From NCBI GenBank assembly GCA_964421215.1, contig CAYQWA010000016.1, positions 16,530 through 80,529 of the forward strand: a stretch of DNA of 64,000 nt, given 5' to 3'. This DNA is from an uncultured Bacteroidales bacterium. Lineage in GTDB: Bacteria > Bacteroidota > Bacteroidia > Bacteroidales > JAADJA01. The position numbers and the translations under genes were made by a program. This document shows positions 59,353 to 64,000 of this stretch, in pieces (position 1 is the stretch's first letter; each line of letters opens with the position of its first letter). Below the pieces are notes generated by a model. That model ran no database searches. It had not been told where the DNA came from and saw only the letters and a list, made by a program, of their open reading frames with translations.

Positions 59353-61601
59353 ATCACAGTAATTTCTGATTTACCTAATGCTTCAATTTTCTCAATAAGG
59401 TCAGGGAATTTTTTAAGTAGCAATTCTACACCTTCAATGTCAAATAAGTCAAGGTCGGCTTGCATTTCAGCAACATATGAATCCAGGAGAGGTACTTTAT
59501 AAGTTTCCGACAGACTTTGCAACTTCTTACAAAATTCCTCAATCTTAAAAATGACCAGTTTGTCGTTAAGCGCTTCATATTGCTTGTAAAATTCCTTTTT
59601 CAGAATTTCCAATAATTCGGGTAGTTTTTGTTTTGCCTCCGGGGTGATCTTTATCTGTGTCCCTTTCTCATTATTCATATTTTCAGGAAAGGTTGTTGAA
59701 TGTGACACATACGGGTGAATTTTGCTGCATAAACCGTGTTTACTTGCTGGTTTGTAGATCACCTCGTCAAATAATCCTGATCCAAGGATTTTGCTTTTTT
59801 CTTTGTCTAACACGGATGCTGTAAAAGCAATAAGCGGAATGGCTTTTAAATCCGGATCTTTGCGGATCATTCGCGCGAGTTCAAATCCGTCCATTACCGG
59901 CATCATCAAATCGATCAGGATTACATCCGGTGTTGAGTTGTTTAAAATTTGCAGGGCGATTTGTCCATTTGCAGCCTCCAGGTAAGAAATTCCATCAGAG
60001 CCCAATAAAAACTTAGTGGATTCAATGTTTTGCCGAACGTCATCCACAATCATAATGGTTACGTCCTTGTACTTGACATCCGGAAGTGGCGGGTATTCCT
60101 TATCCTTTTCAGAATCCCTATTTGAGGTGTACTCCGGTACTTCTATATTCGGAAGGGTGATAATAAACTCCGATCCTTCTCCTGTAACACTCTTTACCTT
60201 AATATCACCATCCATTTCAGAAAGTAATTTTTTAACAATAGCGAGCCCTAGGCCGGTCCCGGCAAATTCTTTGTTCAGGTAATGACTTTGTTGTTTAAAA
60301 GCTTCAAATATATTGTCCAGATCTTCTTCGGGGATCCCAATGCCTGTATCCTTAACCTTTATGGTTAAATCATTTCGGTCGATTTTCCCGTATTGCATAA
60401 ATTCAACAGATAATTGAATATATCCTTTGTTGGTGAATTTAACTGCATTGCTCATCAGGTTAACCAAAACCTGCCGCAGATGTATCTCATCCAGAACTAA
60501 ATATTCCGGTACATTTTCCTCATAACTGATGTTGATAGAAAGACCTTTTTTATCAGCGCTGCCTTTAAACACATCCTTTACTTCCCTACTCATCAATTTT
60601 AAGTTAACAGGATTGTATTTAATCTCCATTTTGCCTGCATCAATTTTTGACATATCAAGAATGTCATTGATAATGGAAAGCAGCATTTGTCCACTGGTCA
60701 AAATGGAGTCCAGCATTCTTTTATGACTTTTGTCCGTTGTTTTATGGTAAAGTGATTCGCTAAAGCCAAGAATCGCATTCATTGGTGTTCTTATTTCATG
60801 GCTCATGTTGGCTAAAAATTCACTTTTCGCCTGGCTTGCTTTTTCTGCTCGCTCTTTGGCAAGGATAAGTTCTTCTTTAGCTTTAATTTCTGCAGTGATG
60901 TCCTGAATACTTCCTTCCATGAAATAGTCTCCGCTATCAACATCAAAGCTTAACTGTGCAATGTCTTTAACCCATATTTTTTTTCCGTTATAACAATTGT
61001 ACTGTGTTACTATTTCAGGCAGGTCACCTTTATCTCCATGTTTATTGATCCATTCCGTTCTGTTAACAGATTCTGAGAAGATTTTCTCAGAATTTACCTG
61101 CAAGAGTGTTTCCTTATCCGGATAGCCTAAAATTTTAACAATGGCAGGATTAACATCAAGGATTTTTCCATCTTTCGTTGAACGGTAGATTCCTATGGGA
61201 ACATTTTTAAACAGAGTCTCGTATTTTTTTCGGCTTTGCTGAAGTTCATTGAGGGTGTTTTCCAATTCAACCTGTGATTCTTCCAGATTAAAATTAATGT
61301 CCTCCAGTTCGCGCATCAGGTCTGATAATTCGATGGACTTTCTAACAAGGCTCACATTTTCATTCTTAAGTTTTGAATGAAATTCTTCCATCTCGAAATT
61401 CTGATCTTCAAGCTTCCTGCGTATATCAGCCAATTCGACCGATTTCCTGGCCAGTTTAATGTTGTGTCCCTTCAGGTTCTTTTCCCTGTTGGCCAGGTCT
61501 TTTCTGGCTTTTTGAAGCTCTTCAGATTCCAGCTCTAGCTGTCGGACTCTTTCTTCCAGCTCAGCATAAGTGGGTTTTATATTTTTTGATTTTTTTGCCA
61601 C
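59349..61601 (-). CDS. Soluble hybrid sensor histidine kinase (coiled coil-PAS-HisKA-HATPase-REC)
   Basis: FLANMSHEIRTPMN, NLMSNAVKFT, DTGIGI, GTGLGL, IVDD...DLMMP motifs; no TM. Confidence 0.95.
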   Translation of the reverse strand: MAKKSKNIKPTYAELEERVRQLELESEELQKARKDLANREKNLKGHNIKLARKSVELADIRRKLEDQNFEMEEFHSKLKNENVSLVRKSIELSDLMRELEDINFNLEESQVELENTLNELQQSRKKYETLFKNVPIGIYRSTKDGKILDVNPAIVKILGYPDKETLLQVNSEKIFSESVNRTEWINKHGDKGDLPEIVTQYNCYNGKKIWVKDIAQLSFDVDSGDYFMEGSIQDITAEIKAKEELILAKERAEKASQAKSEFLANMSHEIRTPMNAILGFSESLYHKTTDKSHKRMLDSILTSGQMLLSIINDILDMSKIDAGKMEIKYNPVNLKLMSREVKDVFKGSADKKGLSINISYEENVPEYLVLDEIHLRQVLVNLMSNAVKFTNKGYIQLSVEFMQYGKIDRNDLTIKVKDTGIGIPEEDLDNIFEAFKQQSHYLNKEFAGTGLGLAIVKKLLSEMDGDIKVKSVTGEGSEFIITLPNIEVPEYTSNRDSEKDKEYPPLPDVKYKDVTIMIVDDVRQNIESTKFLLGSDGISYLEAANGQIALQILNNSTPDVILIDLMMPVMDGFELARMIRKDPDLKAIPLIAFTASVLDKEKSKILGSGLFDEVIYKPASKHGLCSKIHPYVSHSTTFPENMNNEKGTQIKITPEAKQKLPELLEILKKEFYKQYEALNDKLVIFKIEEFCKKLQSLSETYKVPLLDSYVAEMQADLDLFDIEGVELLLKKFPDLIEKIEALGKSEITVI

Positions 61602-61622
61602 AAAAATTATTTTGTGTTTTGT

Positions 61623-62831
61623 TTATTTTTCACCCAGTGCCCAGAGCACAACAGTTTCGTTATGAAACTTGGTTGCTTTCAGGTCATTTTTTAGCTTATC
61701 GATAGGACCTATTTCTCCGTAGGTGTAAAATCCAATGATTGGTACATCCTTCCCCAATACATTTTTAACAGCATCAATCTCCTCCTGAGTTCTTCTTCCG
61801 AGGACCAGTTTTCGGCCAACACAGCTAAACATCATAATCGCTTTTGGTTTCGCTCCTTCAAGTGATTCTAGCGCTTGCTGTGCGGCTTGTTCTGCTCCTT
61901 TGATTATATCGTTTCGTGAGGCTGTGGTTAATGTAATTGCACTACCTTCAGGTATTGAGGCAGCAAGACTGATGGTTCCTTTATCGTGATCGACAGCAAG
62001 GCCACAACGCAATTGAAAGTATTCTTTATCTCCGATCGAAACCTTTTCGTCGATCAATCCAAATGGATATTCCAGGGCAATGCCTGGAAGACGTTGGGCA
62101 CGTTCTTCTCCTAAAAATTCTTTATACAAATCCAAAGCACTTTCTCCGTCAAACTGCTTTACCACATTTCCTTCAGCAGCTGAACAATAGAAGCGGTTGC
62201 CGATGGATTCAAATCCGCTTCTTACACCTATGCCGGTCTTATAGCCGTTTTGTTTGTTACACAATAAAACGCCCGGAATGGCATCTTTGTAAACTTTTCC
62301 GTTATAGTACTGGTATGTTTGTTCAAATCTTTCGTCATCTCCCAGATAACCACCTACAATTTCGAAATCCTGTCCCAGCTCTTCCTGTAAACCTTCGATC
62401 ATTTTTATTCCATCACCTCCCATACCATTAGGAAAAATCAACAATGAACTGGCTTTACTTAATTCAGTTTTGGAGGCCAGGTCTTTCGTAAGTGATTTAC
62501 TGCAGGCTTTTTCATCCTTGCTCATATCCTGGCCAATTCCAGTAACAAAATCGAGATTGTCGGAACTCATGGCCATGATCGTAACAGACTGGGAAGAAAA
62601 TCCTGATGAGGCTATCTCGCCAGCTGTAGTACCTCCTACCAAAGGGATCTCGCCGGTTACAGATTGTATTCCGTTTAACAGTTCTTTGTGGTTATAAAGC
62701 ATAGCACTGAAAATAAACAATACTTCAGGTTTCCCTTTATGATCTTCAAGTGCGTTTAAAGCAGCGGCTTTACCTGCTTCATAAGAATCGGATAGGTTGC
62801 TGGTGCCTACACCAACTAATAATTCGTTCAT
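61623..62831 (-). CDS. FIST domain protein (NosP-like)
   Basis: GGTTAGEI, VGG..GD, FSCVGR, GFYTYGEI and HNET motifs. Confidence 0.93.
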   Translation of the reverse strand: MNELLVGVGTSNLSDSYEAGKAAALNALEDHKGKPEVLFIFSAMLYNHKELLNGIQSVTGEIPLVGGTTAGEIASSGFSSQSVTIMAMSSDNLDFVTGIGQDMSKDEKACSKSLTKDLASKTELSKASSLLIFPNGMGGDGIKMIEGLQEELGQDFEIVGGYLGDDERFEQTYQYYNGKVYKDAIPGVLLCNKQNGYKTGIGVRSGFESIGNRFYCSAAEGNVVKQFDGESALDLYKEFLGEERAQRLPGIALEYPFGLIDEKVSIGDKEYFQLRCGLAVDHDKGTISLAASIPEGSAITLTTASRNDIIKGAEQAAQQALESLEGAKPKAIMMFSCVGRKLVLGRRTQEEIDAVKNVLGKDVPIIGFYTYGEIGPIDKLKNDLKATKFHNETVVLWALGEK

Positions 62832-62976
62832 TTTGGGTTGTATTAATTTGTGGACAACTGTTTTATACTGTAAAAGTTAAACTAGGTTGTACAAATTAAT
62901 TAAAAATTTGATAATATTGTGAAAAGAATACATCGATTAATGATGGTAAAGTGTTGGTTTACTGCTGACTGTATTC

Positions 62977-63999
62977 TTATTCTTCAGGATTATCCATATT
63001 GGTAACGATGGTTTCCAGTTCTTTAATTTTATCCTTCAGTTCTTTGATCCTGAATTCCCTGCCAATGAACAGATTGTTAAAATGTTCGAGCTTTTCGTTT
63101 TTCTCTTCCAGTGTTTTGGTCCGCTCTTTTACAAGTTCTTCAAGGTGTTCCTGATGTTTGTGTAATTCATCCTGGGCGTTTTTTCTGATAGAAATATCAC
63201 GTAAAGCTGTAATTCTAACCTTTTTATCACCATGGTTGGCCATTTTTCCCTGAATTTCACATGGGAACGTGCTTCCGTCTTTACGAAGAGCTAAGGCTTC
63301 ATAAGGGTATTCAAAACCCTCAATCATGTTTTTCATAACCAGGTCACGGTAATCAGGATGGATCCAGTTTGTCCCGGGTTGACCAATGGCTTCTTCATTG
63401 GTATAACCGAACATATTTTCAGCAGTTTTATTTTGTCCGGTACAAATGCCTTTTTCTGAAAAGAAAATGCTTTCAAAAGAAGCATCAGCAAGCCTTTCGG
63501 TTTGTTCCTCACTTTTTTTAAGTTCCCGTTCTGTGATTTTTTGCGTTGTAATATCGTTTTTGATGGCAACAAAATTGGTGATTTCTCCAGTTTTGTTTTT
63601 TATCGGAGCGATAACAGCATGTTCCCAGAATATTGAATCATCCTTCCTTTTGTTTTTGAATTCACCCTTCCAGGGATCACCATTTAAAATTGTTGCCCAC
63701 ATCTTTTTATAGAAATCATCGGAGTAGAAATCCGTTTTAAGAATACGGGGATTCATGCCTTTTGCTTCTTCTATGGAATAGCCTGTTGTTGCTTCAAATC
63801 GTGGGTTAACATACTCAATTTTTCCTTGAACATCAGTAATTACCACCGTTGAATAACTTTGTTCTATAGCTGTAAACAGTTTTAGTATTTCTTCTTCTGC
63901 TCTTTTACGTTCGGTTATGTTAATAGCTGAAGAATACAGGTATTTGCTACCGTGAATATCAATTTCCTCAATCGATAACAAAACATTCAGCTGTTTGCC
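62977..63999 (-). CDS. Multi-PAS domain protein with a C-terminal coiled coil, 5' truncated by the window
   Basis: ITDVQGKIEYVNPRF...GYS..E, W.GEF.N..KD and DIT/DIS PAC motifs; frame is open to the window edge. Confidence 0.9.
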   Translation of the reverse strand, partial: GKQLNVLLSIEEIDIHGSKYLYSSAINITERKRAEEEILKLFTAIEQSYSTVVITDVQGKIEYVNPRFEATTGYSIEEAKGMNPRILKTDFYSDDFYKKMWATILNGDPWKGEFKNKRKDDSIFWEHAVIAPIKNKTGEITNFVAIKNDITTQKITERELKKSEEQTERLADASFESIFFSEKGICTGQNKTAENMFGYTNEEAIGQPGTNWIHPDYRDLVMKNMIEGFEYPYEALALRKDGSTFPCEIQGKMANHGDKKVRITALRDISIRKNAQDELHKHQEHLEELVKERTKTLEEKNEKLEHFNNLFIGREFRIKELKDKIKELETIVTNMDNPEE

Positions 64000-64000
64000 G

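Overview
This is a 64 kb chromosomal segment from a Bacteroidota organism, probably Bacteroidales-like. The evidence is TAnnTTTG promoter boxes, a fused lpxC-fabZ, porX and T9SS cargo proteins. The coding content is mostly recognisable: alpha-2-macroglobulin plus pbpC, an AlkD-like protein, HD proteins, a CDF transporter, tRNA-Arg(ACG), T9SS-secreted proteins, a class III nucleotide cyclase, an RND pump whose TolC is fused to a solute-binding-like domain, glycosyltransferases, a cardiolipin synthase, the lpxD-lpxC/fabZ-lpxA-efp-lpxD2 cluster, porX-tsaE-ald, a peroxiredoxin, an ECF sigma/anti-sigma/DUF4097/ABC operon, an arylsulfate sulfotransferase and a FIST (NosP-like)/hybrid kinase module. 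The most striking unexplained feature is the ~900 bp gap between pbpC and the alkD-like gene. It holds DnaA-box-like 9-mers, a sigma-A promoter, and a ~530 nt purine- and GGA-rich RNA with about ten GNRA/UNCG-capped hairpins and a terminator. A convergent ~140 nt rod-shaped (6S-like) RNA follows, partly complementary to the first. I could not assign the large RNA to a family I know. Separately, a bipartite inverted-repeat operator recurs with identical spacing at two promoters, one of which drives a candidate sRNA upstream of porX. No CRISPR array, transposase, integrase or rRNA was seen. All calls come from reading the sequence by eye; no database searches were run.
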